A stretch of 64,000 nt of DNA from Antedon mediterranea (taxonomy: Eukaryota > Animalia > Echinodermata), in contig NC_092670.1 in the NCBI RefSeq assembly GCF_964355755.1, positions 41,205,388-41,269,387 of the forward strand, written 5' to 3'. Every line of letters begins with the position of its first letter. Position 1 is the stretch's first letter. The position numbers and the translations under genes were made by a program. Below the pieces are notes generated by a model. That model was not told the origin of the DNA. It did not search any database and saw only the letters and a list, made by a program, of their open reading frames with translations. Of the stretch, positions 1 to 14,200 are shown piece after piece.

Positions 1-116
1 CTCATTTCCTTTCCACGCTGCCTAGAATCCTAACAGACCTGGCTTTGGAAATATGCATTCCACTGTTTCAGGTCTGTTAGGATTCGCGTGGAAAGGAGAT
101 GAGGGTACCCAGGCTT
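1..116. mobile_element. Palindromic MITE, truncated by the window edge
   Basis: ctcatttcctttccacgc..gaatcctaacagacctg is inverted relative to caggtctgttaggattc..gcgtggaaaggagatgag; the element ends in ggtacccaggct. Confidence 0.55.
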
Positions 117-160
117 AATTGCCTAAGAGGTTGAGAAAACAATCGCGAGCGGGAATGACA

Positions 161-406
161 TACGCCACCAATAGTTTGACTTTTCAATTCAATTAAAACA
201 TTTAGTTCCAAACATTTCATTCAAAACATTTCGTTCAAAACATTTCATTCAAAACATTTCATTCAAAACTTTCAATTCAAAGCATTCAATTCAAAATAAT
301 TATTTCATTCATATATCGCGCCATTCAATTAATATCGTAGCATTTCATTCACATATCTCGTCATAAAATTCATATCATCGAAATGTTGCGTAAACGGCGT
401 TCCATA
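161..406. repeat. Degenerate ~14-bp (cattcaaaacattt)n array, possibly inside a small DNA transposon
   Basis: Repeated catttcattcaaaa units at about 195-300; no convincing TSD. Confidence 0.45.
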
Positions 407-871
407 CACTACACTAGCCTAGCAGTCACAGCTGAAACCCTCGTCCCTGGTGGCCTGGGCCGACGTGTACTGAGTCCTGGCTTACTTAGTCTTGTTTAAA
501 ACTCTCACTCATCAACCAAAACACCAACCAGATCAGTGCTAAAAACAAAAAAGCTCACTACTACTAGCTTTCCACTTCTGTTCTACACTAACTTACTTCT
601 ATATATGGAGTAAATTCAAACAAAATCGGATGATATCACCGTATATATTTAAAAAATGTTTTTTTCTTATTAAACACCACTGCCACACACACACAACAAG
701 CATGTTTTTTATACGACGATCCATCCGCCGCCACCAATTTATTCAAGCGTGACAATCACTGGAATCATCGAAGCGTGAAAGATTATATCCAGCATGCAGG
801 TTAACAACCACAGTACACAAGTTGGAAAAACCACCACCACGAGCGAGTCGAGTAGAACGCGAGGAAAAAGG

Positions 872-3800
872 ATGGCTAGGTCAACTGCTGAAGAAATTGA
901 TGATGTTGCAGGCCTTTTTGCAGAATTTTGTGTCGTAACTGGAGCTTCGGAAGGTGAAGCACTTGAATATCTACAAAAAACAAATTGGCAAGTCGTGGTA
1001 AGTATAAAGCCAGCTAAAATCGGATAAAAACATCACTCACTCAAATCTCCATTATGAATTTGCATTAAATTAGTGATCGTATTGGTCGGCACACCTGTGG
1101 GGTGTCATGACATTTTAATAATACACACACGTCATAAGTAGATTTTTGTTATTGGAGGAGGACTGTGCATGGGTCACATGATATTATAAATGACAACTTC
1201 TATTGCACTTTTAATGATGTCATCGAGAGTGCAATGTTGTTCCATTGCTCTCAGTCTCATATAACCATTCATATGTATACTATCGGGTATACTAATGCGT
1301 CTGATTTATTTCTACTCAAAAAATACAAAAAAAGATGGCCGGCACACAAGATTTCTGAGACATAATCTGTTCAGAATATGCTAATTTTAAATACTAATGT
1401 TATTCTATGTTTTGTTATTGAGGATGCAATCAACCTATACTTTGATACAGTGGCAAACCAACCAGATGATGATGAGAATGGAACAAGCTCAAATTCAAAA
1501 GACAGGTATTTAATTCAGCTTTTAAAACAAGATTTTGGATCAAACAACAAAATAAATTTTGAAAAAGATACTGGCATGTGCATGTCTTTTATTTTTACAG
1601 TCTCAAAGTTGAAGGCAGTAAAGAAAAAGAAGACAAAAAGATAAAAATGATAACATGGAATATTGATGGTCTTGATGACCGGAATTTAATAGACAGAACA
1701 AAAGCAGTTTGTAGTATAATAGAGAGGTATATCAAGTGACTCATTTTAACATACAGGTGACCCTTGTACTCCTAACCAATCACAATCAACTAAATGCAGT
1801 TTGTAGTATTATAGAGAGTGATGACTCATTTCTATTAACATACAGGTGACTCTGGTACTCTCAACCAATCACAATCAACTAAATGCAGTTTGTAGTATTA
1901 TAGAGAGTGACTCATTTCTATTAACATACAGGTGACTCTGGTACTCTCAACCAACCACAACAATGTAGTTTAAACCATTCAGGATCTTCTTTCTTGAACA
2001 GTATGATAGAATCGGACTGGGTTCATGTTGAACATCTATCTCTAGTTTGTTTTATCATAAAGCTTGTTTTTTGTTTACCTATAAATTGTATATCTTTACT
2101 AATTATTGTATATCTTTACTAATTATTGTATTTATTTCATAAGACTTGAACCAGATATCATCTTTCTCCAAGAGGTCATAGTTGAAACAGCATCTCACAT
2201 CGAAAAACGATGCCAAAAATACAAAGTGCTACCAACAAGTGATGCTGCATACTTCACTGCTATGATGTTGAAAAAAAGTAGCGTTTCAATTCTTTCAAGT
2301 ATTGTTGATCCATTTGAGAATACAACGATGATGAGGGCGCTTCACAAAGTCAAGGTTTATCATTTTATTTTTTACTAATTTTAACATTAATGCTACTTTA
2401 CAAATATTTGATAACACAGTAGGTCTACAGTTCAACGTTTAGCTACACCAACAAAGTATTTCTGACAAATGTACAGTATTATTATATGTTGGGTACAATT
2501 GTTTTTGCTAGGTGAAATGTGCCGGAATAGAGTTCCTTCTGTTGAATTCTCATCTTGAAAGCACAAAAGATGCAAGTGGTAAACGCAAAAGACAGTTTCA
2601 GATGGCACTTCAAGAAATGTGCAATTCTAACGATGGTACTGTTGCCTTGTTTGGAGGGGACACCAACCTACGAGACAGTGAGGTAAGTGAACACCAACCT
2701 ACGTGACAGTGAGGTAAGTGAACACCAACCTACGAGACAGTGAGGTAAGTGAACACCAACCTACAGGACAGTGAGGTAAGTGAACACCAACCTACGTGAC
2801 AGTGAGGTAAGTGAACACCAACCTACGAGACAGTGAGGTAAGTGAACACCAACCTACAGGACAGTGAGGTAAGTGAACACCAACCTACGTGACAGTGAGG
2901 TAAGTGAACACCAACCTAAGAGACAGTGAGGTAAGTGAACACCAACCTACAGGACAGTGAGGTAAGTGAACACCAACCTACGTGACAGTGAGGTAAGTGA
3001 ACACCAACCTACGCGACAGTGAGGTAAGTGAACACCAACCTACGCGACAGTGAGGTAAGTGAACACCAACCTACAGGACAGTGAGGTAAGTGAACACCAA
3101 CCTACGTGACAGTGAGGTAAGTGAACACCAACCTACGTGACAGTGAGGTAAGTGAACACCAACCTACGCGACAGTGAGGTTAGTGAACACCAACCTACAG
3201 GACAGTGAGGTAAGTGAACACCAACCTACAGGACAGTGAGGTAAGTGAACACCAACCTACGTGACAGTGAGGTAAGTGAACACCAACCTACAGGACAGTG
3301 AGGTAAGTGAACACCAACCTATGAGACAGTGAGGTAAGTGAACACCAACCTACAGGACAGTGAGGTAAGTGAACACCAACCTACGAGACAGTGAGGTATT
3401 AGTGAACACCAACCTACAGGACAGTGAGGTAAGTGAACACCAACCTACAGGACAGTGAGGTAAGTGAACACCAACCTACAGGACAGTGAGGTAAGTGAAC
3501 ACCAACCTACGTGACAGTGAGGTAAGTGAACACCAACCTACGTGACAGTGAGGTAAGTCATAATGAACACAGTCCTCTGACAAACATACAGTGTACACAA
3601 GATGCTCAACATAAACAAATCTTGGGATTAGTAGCTGACCAACCTTCCACTCCACGTACTTGGTGCATAAAACAGGCAACAAGTCAGTGTATTTAGAAAG
3701 ATATTTGGAAAGACTATTAAAATAATAAATTTCATCATTTTAAAAATAGTTTATTAATTTAACAATGATTTTAGGTGAAAAGTATTGGAGGGTTACCTGG

Positions 3801-4059
3801 AGGAATTGTTGATCTATGGGAAATGTTTGGAAGTCCAGAAGAATCAAGATACACATGGGATGTCAAAAGAAACAATAACCTAGATTGGCAATTTGCAAGC
3901 AAACCAAGAATAAGATTTGATAGATTGTTCCTGAAACAAGCAAAGCAGCAACAAGTTCATCTGCAAACTTTTAAACTCATTGGAGACCAATGGATTTCAA
4001 CAGTTGAGCGATTTCCAAGTGATCATTTTGGCATTTACTGCGAGTTTAAAGTAAATTAA
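872..4059 (+). CDS. TDP2: Tyrosyl-DNA phosphodiesterase 2 (UBA-like + EEP domain), 6 exons
   Basis: Exons about 872-997, 1423-1505, 1601-1726, 2144-2354, 2512-2682 and 3775-4059, all GT-AG. Motifs ITWNIDGL, IFLQEV, SHLES, GGDTNLRD, RFDR and FPSDH. An in-frame upstream ATG at 794 is also possible. Confidence 0.93.
1704..1960 (+). repeat. ~90-bp x3 degenerate tandem repeat spanning the TDP2 exon 3 donor
   Basis: gcagtttgtagtat.atagagag recurs at about 1704, 1796 and 1885, followed by the same intronic sequence. Confidence 0.8.
2661..3558 (+). repeat. 31-bp x29 minisatellite containing the TDP2 exon 5 end and its 5' splice site
   Basis: Unit caccaacctac(gag/gtg/agg/gcg)acagtgag|gtaagtgaa; the first copy encodes TNLRDSE. 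Confidence 0.97.
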
Positions 4060-4836
4060 TTTGAACCAGTGCTAAACTTGACTTTGATTTTGTAAATTAG
4101 AGTGAACCAGGTGTAATAAGACGTGATTTCCGTTTCTTTTATTACCTCTTTATTGTTTGTGATTATTATATCAAACCAGTTACTTACAAAAAAAAACCAT
4201 ATTTGTCATAAAACTAAAACAAATATAAATAAATATAAATTCAAATATATTCTAAATAAATCTTGCACAAAATGTTTAATATTTGGTATTTTCAGGGAAG
4301 GAAACTGTTGGGCGACATGTTTATGAAAATGAAATGATTATGCTATAAAAATGCTTGTTAAAATCAGGTAACCTGGATTATTTAAATCGGGTAACCTGGA
4401 TTATTTAACAAATTGTACATGTTGTATTATTACTACTAATTGATTTCCACTAGCTTTTTATTTGCAAAAATTATATTATAAAGTTTAGTATCAGATTATA
4501 AGCACATGCTAAACCAAAGACAAGCTTGTACTCAACCACCTTGTATGTAACATTTATACTTGCAATCATTATTGTTATATGGTTATAAGTCATTTTTGAT
4601 ATTTAAGCCCTTAGTCAGGCTTCTCATATAAGTTGGTTTTTCTATAAAAGGGGCAAATATTGTCAAGAGCAAGTCTACTGTAATTAAGAAAGAGGGGTTT
4701 TCGTTCTAATCCACTGGCTACAGGCTTGCTATCAAAACAATAAAATAATATTCTTCTGCCAAACATTTGGACACCTTCTTCTTTTAATTCCTTCTGAGTT
4801 TGCATTTCTTATTTTTCTTATATTACAGTTAAGTAT

Positions 4837-5277
4837 GTACACATTCCGTTTAGTAGAGCACTAAATGAACTTAATGTTACGCATAATACATGCGACTATT
4901 TTGTTTTACGTCTATTTCAACAGTGTTGTTCATTTTCTTTTAATGTACGTACACATTCCGTTTAGTAGAGCACTAAATGAACCTAATGTTACGCATAATA
5001 CATGCAACTATTTTGTTTTACGTCTATTTCAACAGTGTTGTTCATTTTCTTTTAATGTACGTACACATTCCGTTTAGTAGAGCACTAAATGAACCTAATG
5101 TTACGCATAATACATGCGACTATTTTGTTTTACGTCTATTTCAACAGTGTTATTCATTTTCTTTTAATGTACGTACACATTCCGTTTAGTAGAGCACTAA
5201 ATGAACCTAATGTTACGCATAATACATGCGACTATTTTGTTTTACATCTATTTCAACAGTGTTGTTCATTTTCTTTA
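4837..5277 (-). repeat. 112-bp x~4 repeat containing the Argonaute C-terminal codons, stop and 3' UTR
   Basis: Each unit reads ...KQNSRMYYA* (or a one-base variant) on the minus strand; stops at about 5213, 5101, 4989 and 4877. Confidence 0.93.
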
Positions 5278-8200
5278 GTTCTTCACTTGTTATTTTAGGC
5301 TGGTCACTGCCTCCGCTGTTTGTTGTGCTTCCAGAGTCGCTAAACAAAATAAAATAAATGTAGTCACACAATTGTTTCCATTAATGTACACATTGTGTAT
5401 TATTTTTATTCAACTTTACTTCTTGAATGAACCAAGTAATGACATGACTAGCAGTGCAAGTACATACCTGAACCTGAGATCACTGTATAAAATATCTCTA
5501 GCTCTGAAAGCAGCGTGATGTGCGTAATAGGCTGGACTTGGAATGGACGTACTCCGTGTACAGCGGGCATATGTATAACACATTTGATTGGTAAATTCTT
5601 CGAGCTGATTTTGTGTGAAATCATTATCATCCCACAACACGTAATAATGAGCTGGACGACTTGTTCCCTGTCATTCAGAGAGAAATGTTGTATTTTTTAC
5701 TTGTCAGTGAAAATAAGTCGACCAATGAAGAAATTTGTCTATTAATAACTACCAAATATACAGGCAGTAATCATTGTCCAATTGGATCATAATGATTATA
5801 ATCATAATTATCAATCAATAACTTCATTATCATTTACCTGTATTCCAGCATGGCTGCAAAGGAAAAAGTCCCAATTGACAGGGTGTGTAATATCCCTATC
5901 GACAATGGTTCCTGCCGGTACATTGCGACCACGTCCATTCTGTAGAATTTATATTTAAGTTTTTATTTCAATTGGTGGCCTTTTTGTGTAGAATTGTGTA
6001 ATTTACAAAATAGCTTGAAATTAAAGTGTGTTTACCTCATCTCTCCTGTCTACACAAAACAGGCGAGTGTGATGGCGTTTCTGCACGGTCAAAAATGTGA
6101 TTCCTGGTTTGTATTCTGAATGCAATGATGAACAAGCCCTGCGAATCGCCATTAGCTCACTGTCCAAAACCTTGTTTGAAAAAAAAATATAAGATCAAAA
6201 GAAAACAAAGTTTGGAAAATTAACATAAATTGGTCACCTGAGAATTGACCCAATACCTACTTGCTGAAACTGCCCTTCACTAACACCATCTCTGTACATG
6301 ATTATTTTCTTTGGTTGAACTCCTGTGCACTTTTTAAAATTAATGAGTAATTCTGTCACCATTTTGTCTAAATCTTCAATAATTTCTTGTCTATGTGCTT
6401 GAACTTTGACCTTAGCATCATACTTGAATGTATGTTTGTCCTTACTACCAACCACCTATAAATAATACACCAAGTGTTAGGGTTAGGGCATCAAGTGTTT
6501 TATTTTCACTGAATATACAAATAAAAACTTTAAACAATTTTAGATAACATTATTTGACCAATACAGTAGTCTGTTTTTGTTGCAAATTTAATCAAAACGA
6601 ACAATTCTTACGGCAGCTATTGACGGTCTGTGAAAATCTCCAGGAGACGGGTGTGTGACGTCAGCACCAAGGACTAAGGCTGGTTCTCTCATAACAGAAG
6701 ACCTTAAAGTATTTAATTCAATATTAAGCTCTGTCTACACTATCAAACTTTATGTGACAACAAAATGTGATGTGCCCATATATAGACATGATGACATACC
6801 ACAATATTTGGGCATATCGTTACCATATTTGCTTTTAACTATTATTACAGATTGACTGTATCTGGCACAAATCAAATGAAAACTCACAAAAATGAGCGAC
6901 AATCTATAATCGATTGAATTTTATAGTATTTGGTAAATCTGTGGTAAAAATGTTGGGTTAAAAAAAATTCATGAGGCAAAACTCTCCCTTAGCAAAAATG
7001 GTCCACAGGCCTGTCAAGAGTGTCAGCCCAGAAAACACACAATTGTAATTTGATTATATTAACTGCCCAGCAAATACAACCCAAGGGTACTATTAGGTCA
7101 TTTACAACAAGGTCACCTGGACAGCTCATGAAAATTCTACATGCATGGTTTTCAGCAAATTCTGTAGTGAAGTGTCTGTCACACTCCAGCTGGCCTCTCA
7201 TGTGTGTCAAGATAAATAATCAGAACTCGTAAATTGTTTAAAACAGACCAAGATTTATTACCCGGAGTTTTTCAAAAACCCGGGTGAAATGGACTGATTC
7301 TGCTAAGTGAGAGAAATGCCTAATGTGTAATTTTGGACGCCTGTCTAATAATGGAACTTTATAAATGACACTCTGAATAGTAGTATTGTACTCAAATGTA
7401 TGGATTTATCAAAGAAAAGTAATACATTACATTTGATTGATGACATTATTAATGCCTCCAAGTTTAGCATTGATTTTTAAACAGATGTTCTCCATTGTGC
7501 GAGGGCTTGCTTTCTTGGCATTTTTCAACTGTATATTTTGTGTTGCTATACCAACTTGAGCATCACCAGCATTTTTTATGTCACCTAGAAAAATATAATA
7601 AACAATCGCCTTTAATTAATCAATTGCAATGTAGTTTTTACAGCCAATAGTAATTTTGATACCATGTTTTGTACTACTAATATACGAATTAAAGTGAAAA
7701 CTTATTGAGAAAAACAAAGCTTACAAACAAAATAGAAAGTTAAAATTATTAAAATTGTAGGTGTTTGTACCTAACAACCCAACCCAATTTCCACAACCGT
7801 ACTGCAGGGCTATCTACATACTGAACATGACAACCAGAAATAACAACTTACCATAAATATCGTTACCTTTACCAGGTAACACAATAAATATAAGCTGAAG
7901 ACCTTGATGTTCTTGACAGTAGAACTGAAACATTTTTACAAAATCCACATTATGTGGACTTTCATACTGAACAAAACTGGCGCTTGCCATTGGCATTCCT
8001 ATCTTAGCTGATGTACCTGTCAACACATCATGCATGTTACTGCAAAAATACAATAAATAACACAATTAATATCTATATTAGTAAATTATACATACAAACA
8101 TACAGGGGTAAAATATATCTCAAATAAGCAACTTTATGTCTATTGTTATGACTGTATATACAGCTTTGCTGATTTTTAAACCATATATCTTTTTATCTAT

Positions 8201-11200
8201 TTTGTACTCATTTTCAAATTAGCTTGTTAAAAATTGCCAATCATTGAATAATTGTGCCTATTAAACTCACTTTAAATCGTCATAACGGCAAAAGCGTTCA
8301 TTTTCAAAGCATAGGATGCCCCAAATCTTCACACTTACAGCATTATGGAATTTCCTTCCCTGTAAATTCCAACTGCCTTCCCTGGGTTTTATTTCCTAAG
8401 TATAACAATAAATGTTTGAATGGACCATTTTGTAGTTTTATTTAAGTTATTCACTTCCGTAGAAATAATAATAATGGTTTTACAATATAAAAAAAAAAAA
8501 CTTTTAAATTTAACATTTAATTTAACTACCTGTAATTTTGTTAAAAATCCAATTTTTCCTATTCATCCCGATAAGCACTTTAATAACTATTATGTGACAT
8601 TAAAATGTATACTAAGATAGAAAACTTACAGCTTGTTTGTACTTGATGTCTGGTGGCGCAAGTACTCGTCCAGGGATTTTTAACAGATTTGGATCGATTG
8701 AAATTCCAAATGATTTCAGATAAGGATCACCAGAGTGGTTTGCTTCTTTGATCTTGAAAAAAAAATCATATCATACCATATATGGCCATATCAGAAATGT
8801 ATATAATGGCAGGCATTTAAGATATCCATATACGTGAAACACAAATAAGCCAGGTAAGATGAATACAAAATACAGTACGGCAAAATCAAATTGTACATTC
8901 AATGAAAATGAAGTCTTACCCAGTTTTGAATCTCTCTTAGTCTGTCTGGTGCTGGAATTGCAGTTTTCTGCAAGAATGAAAGAATATTGCTATTTATTAT
9001 GTCATGGTCTGCGGATTTGATGAATATTGAATTCACTATGTAGAGCCTGTGTGCCAATCAATGATAATATTACTATATCTTGGACAGCAGGATATAGAGT
9101 ATGTTATACATACCTTTATCATATCTGATGTCTGCATTGGGGTCAATTTTCTTCTACATGGTTGATTTGCAACGACATGGCACATCTAAAAACAAAATGC
9201 TCAAAACCTTATAAATAAGTTCATTTTAAATTATATTTGTTCATATTTTTGTACAGTGTCTTCCAGGCCTTAATTTAAAATATTTATTATTTGAATATTC
9301 ATCGGCAGAATGACCAATAAAGTTAAGACTGCTTATTTAGTTACACAAAACAATTACTGTATGTAATACGTTCCTGAATTTCTGTTATTACCTCAATTGG
9401 AATGTACGTCTTTTTATCTGGCTGCCCAACATGCAAACATGGAAGTCTTGGATACCTAGTAAAAAAACATAAAAATTCATTCAAAAACAGTTTTAACAAT
9501 GTATTTTAAGTTTAAAAATAATATAATTTTGAAATGTGTAAATCACTCACCTAAGGCGAATTCCATATTTGTCAAAAAAGTATTTGGCAACAACACACTC
9601 TGAAGTTCTTCCTTTATCATCTGTCAGTGGAAAGCTGAGAAATATAAAATAAAACTCATCACAATATCATATTCATTGGTATTTATTCATAAAACAAAAA
9701 GAAGGCAAAATTACAAATTATTGATTTAAAAGTCTAATCAAATATGGAGCAGAACTTCTGCAGATATGGCATTTGGTATGGCATTGAGTTTCAACAAACA
9801 TGTGTCTATACCTAGTATTATAAGGAGAATGGTTGTAAGATGTCTATGCCTAGTATTATAAGGAGAATGGTTGTAAGATGTCTATGCCTAGTATTATAAG
9901 GAGAATGGTTGTAAGATGTCTATGCCTAGTATTATAAGGAGAATGGTTGTAAGATGTCTATGCCTAGTATTATAAGGAGAATGGTTGTAAGATGTCTATG
10001 CCTAGTATTATAAGGAGAATGGTTGTAAGATGTCTATGCCTAGTATTATAAGGAGAATGGTTGTAAGATGTCTATGCCTAGTATTATAAGGAGAATGGTT
10101 GTAAGATAAAAAAGCATTTAATGAGATGAAAGGGCATCAACAACCAGACTGTTACCAGTAACAAAAACATAGTATACAGGTTTGCTTACGTCAATTTTTG
10201 AGCCTCCTTTGCTGTGACCCCAATGACCCTGAACTTGCGTTTGTATGATGGCTCTCGTCGTACTTCAATCTGTAATCCTTTAAGGAAAAAACATATCTTT
10301 AGTCTCATGATATGCCAACCCTCAAGATATAGTGCCATTACATTTTTCTAGTAAGTATGCCAACCCTCAAGATATAGTGATACTACATTTTTCACATTGA
10401 ACAATGAATAATTCTGTGTTGCCTAAAACATTATGTACTGCTGTGTTGCCTACCTTTGATGATCTTTTCAAACTGTTTTCTTTCAGCATCTCTCACAGGC
10501 ATGCCAATAGAATCTCTTCTCATATTTAGAACCTCAACCATAAAATCTAAAACAGGACCAGGCTTGTAAAATGCAGTATTGGAAACTATGAAAAACAACA
10601 ATAAGTTAACTTGATTTATAATGATCAAGGACAAATATTGTCTACAAGTACAGTAATCATAATCCTACAAATTCAAATGAAAAGATTCAAAAGCACTACT
10701 GTACTTATATTATCTATGGATATTACTAATTTATAAAAAAAAGTCATACCATCAATGTTAACACTCATTTTGTAATCTTTCCATGCTGCTGGTCTCATAC
10801 TTTGAAAGAACCCCTTGTGCAGTTCTAAGCCTCCTCCGAGGTTAAAATCATCATTTTGTCGTGGTTCACAAAATAAAGAACGACCAACTGGTGTGAACCT
10901 ATAAGAACAATATTGTATTATTGTACTTAAAGGGGGGTTCCGGGTTTAAAATGAATAGTAAAAAATGTAAAATATATTTGTTTGTCTCTTGAACGGTAAA
11001 AGTTTCAATTTATATAAGCGCCCAGTGAAGCAGAACGAAGGCTGTGAAATAAGGCCAGATTACAAGTGCAGCTACGGCGATATGACACTGTGTTACAGAA
11101 TAGGAAATTCGTGAAATGGTCAATCTTCCGACGAGTCGTTATCAATAACCATATCAATTACTTTTGTAAAATTATACTTATCTGATGTAATTTTAGTCGG

Positions 11201-14200
11201 TCTTCCCATTTATAAAGTCAATGTTCTATGAAAATTCATCAAAACAGTGAAAAATTAGATATGTTTGCACTTTACGTTTGCCGATTTTCGCACTGACTTA
11301 GGGAAAGCCTTCAAAATCAATGAAGTGTAACGTATACATTCCTGCTGAGCGAGGAGAGCGAGACGACGATACACGTGCTCTACCTGCCCATGCCTGGCAT
11401 CGTCACGTGATAAGCAGATACAGTATACAATACCAAACTGGTCGGGTCGAGTCTCCCCCTTCTATAATTACAACATGAACGATGTACAGTATTTGATTGA
11501 AGGTCGACTCGACCTACCGGAATGGTATAGATAATATAGTTCGAATGAGAGAGTTGGAATATTTGTAAACATAAGTATTGCTAATTTTAAGAACTGTAGC
11601 CTAGTAAAAGGCCTGGTAGTATCAATTCGCATAGGGTCTACTACACTAGCTAGCTCAATTTTTAACTGGGCCGGATCGGCTAGGTCTCCTTCCTACTACC
11701 TGGTCTACTTGCTTGATGCAGTAGTATCCGCTTTTTTGGAGAGTAAACTAGGCCTATTTTAGGCCTACTTAGACGATCGGGACACCATACAACATGCGGA
11801 CGGCGATATTTACAGCCGATTTTGTAGAATGTTTTAGGTTTAGATTGTTTAGGAGTTTGGTTGATAGGATGGGTTTGGAATCCACTGAGTTTTGTTATTG
11901 ATGGGCCAATCGTTTAGTAGTTAGTAGGCTAGCTAGGCCCATTGTATTATTGTACTTAAGTACACCTACCCACTAGAAGTAAGCTGGAATTGTTAATATT
12001 AATATGTCTGTACATAATAGCTCTAGAACCGTTATATAAACACAATGCAGGTTATCTTTACCTCATTGATGGATAGTAACGCATAATGACATCCATCGCC
12101 TGCAGGGCAACATACGGCGTAAAGTTCAACTTTCCACTCAGATACTGGTGCAGATCATGCAGATCGATTGTTGCCACTTTCTTTAATGTTACTTTGGCTT
12201 TTAATGTATTGCTGCCCTCATACTTTTTCTCCACATTTAAATCAACCTAAATAATTCATTAAAATAAAAAAAGTAGTGTTGTTTATCATGGTGCATTAAA
12301 AATGTAAAGCTTAAGTTGTTTGTGGTTGGGTAAAATTTAAGCTGGCACAAAACTACAGGGTCCCATATTTTTCTTATAGTTGTGACAGAGATTGCCTTCT
12401 ATCAAATTAAACTATCCATAACAGGTTCCTGTAGTGATTATATCATTGATTTTGAGATTCTTCAAAATTGATCATGACAAAATAAAGTTTTTATAATATT
12501 TTACTCGTCCTTACACGATTTAAGTAGTCTTGGACAATCAGACGACAAAAGGCACAGAAACCAGCAAGTGAATTAATACTAATATAATAAGTTTCATTGT
12601 TTATCAACTCAAAATAGACTAGAAAATGTTCAACAAATATTCTAAACTGAAATTAACTTATAAGTTCACCAATGAACAACAGCACTACGGTGTTAATAAC
12701 AAACAAAGAATTAACAGGAAAGAAAAGACTTACTTGTGCTCCAGTAAACCTGAGTTCTGCTGGACTATAGACACATTTACGACCATCAAAAACACACTTT
12801 CCTCCAGCAAAAATGTTTCTATTGGTATTTTGTATCTCTTCAAAGATATCTCTATGTAATTGAAAAAGCCATCATTTCAATCTTAAAAGATCAAATTAAA
12901 GAAACCGTCTATGGCCTGTAATGGTTAAACCAGAGAGGTATAAAACTCCATGGTTTAACAGTAAGACCTACAAGTGTCATATATCAACTAACCTAAGTTT
13001 TTTCTTAGGTAGTTTTTCTGGTTGAGTGCTCATGTCATATTGGAAAATGATGACATCCGTTGGAAACTTGACTCTAAAATGATTGCTGTACAGCTGTATG
13101 GGTCGTCCACTAGTGCCATAGCCACGCCTCTTCACTAGTTGCAAAACTAAACAAATACATTAATTGACAATTTTTTAATAACAAAATCTTTAAACTTTGC
13201 CATCTTGGCTAATAAAATTGTCACACTATTATTAGTGTTAACATCTTTCTATAAATAAAATTAACAAAAGATAGAAAAAAAGATATGAAGCAAAAATTTG
13301 GAGAACAATTTTGGCTAGGATGCATTTATTATTTGTTTGGTTCATTGGCCTTAACAAACCAAATTTGATGTGAATAACCAAGAAAAGTATGTACTACCTT
13401 GATCAGTCCTAGCAGGAGAGATCACCTTCTGACCACCACTGGTAACTGGTTTAGGTGTAGTAGGACCGGTCAAGCTAACTGAAGTCACTTTTTGACCACC
13501 ACTGGTTACTGGTTTAGGTGTAGTAGGACCGGTCAAGCTAACTGAAGCCGTAACTGGTTTAGGTGATGTACCACTTAAGCTAACTGAGGCTAATTTCTGC
13601 TCCACTGTCTGATGACCCCAGGCCACTGGTAGAGGCCCACTGATTGAGGCTTCTTTGGGTCTTTCCACCTGCTCCTTAGGTCTTGCACCACTTGTATGTG
13701 CCAACCTGGTAGTTGATTCCTGAGTAATACCAGCGGTAGAAGACAGTTGGGGTTCTGGTAGAGAGGCACCACTCTTTGGTTGTTGAGAATCTTCCTTTCT
13801 TTCAGATGCCTCAACATTTTGTGGTTCAAGTTTTTGCTTGGATTTACCAACTGTTTGTTCTGCAGAACTTTGCCTTCCTCCTGAAAAATATAATAAATAA
13901 ATCAAATATAAAAAGATATCTGCCACTGCAATAAAATCATATTGCAAAACAATTTATACTTCAATTGAGGAATTCGAAATTGCACACACAATCAAATAAT
14001 TGAATTCCACAATAACATTTTAACAACCCACACTTCACTCATGGCTTGCTAGCCAATAATGGTAGGTATCATTCAACATGTTTCCACGTACAGGTAGTAG
14101 CTAGGTACACTACCAATGGAACCATGGAGATAACTAACTAATCTAGCTAGGCCTCGTCCTTCTAAGCCTACAATAGGCCTGTAACTTAACTGTATATACC

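Noticed and set aside
2661-3558. CRISPR-like array (about 30-bp repeats)
   Set aside because: There are no unique spacers and no cas genes; it is a head-to-tail repeat in a eukaryotic intron. The nearby Argonaute is eukaryotic and spliced.
4865-5298. Three near-identical 70-aa plus-strand ORFs
   Set aside because: Antisense products of the 112-bp Argonaute terminal repeat.
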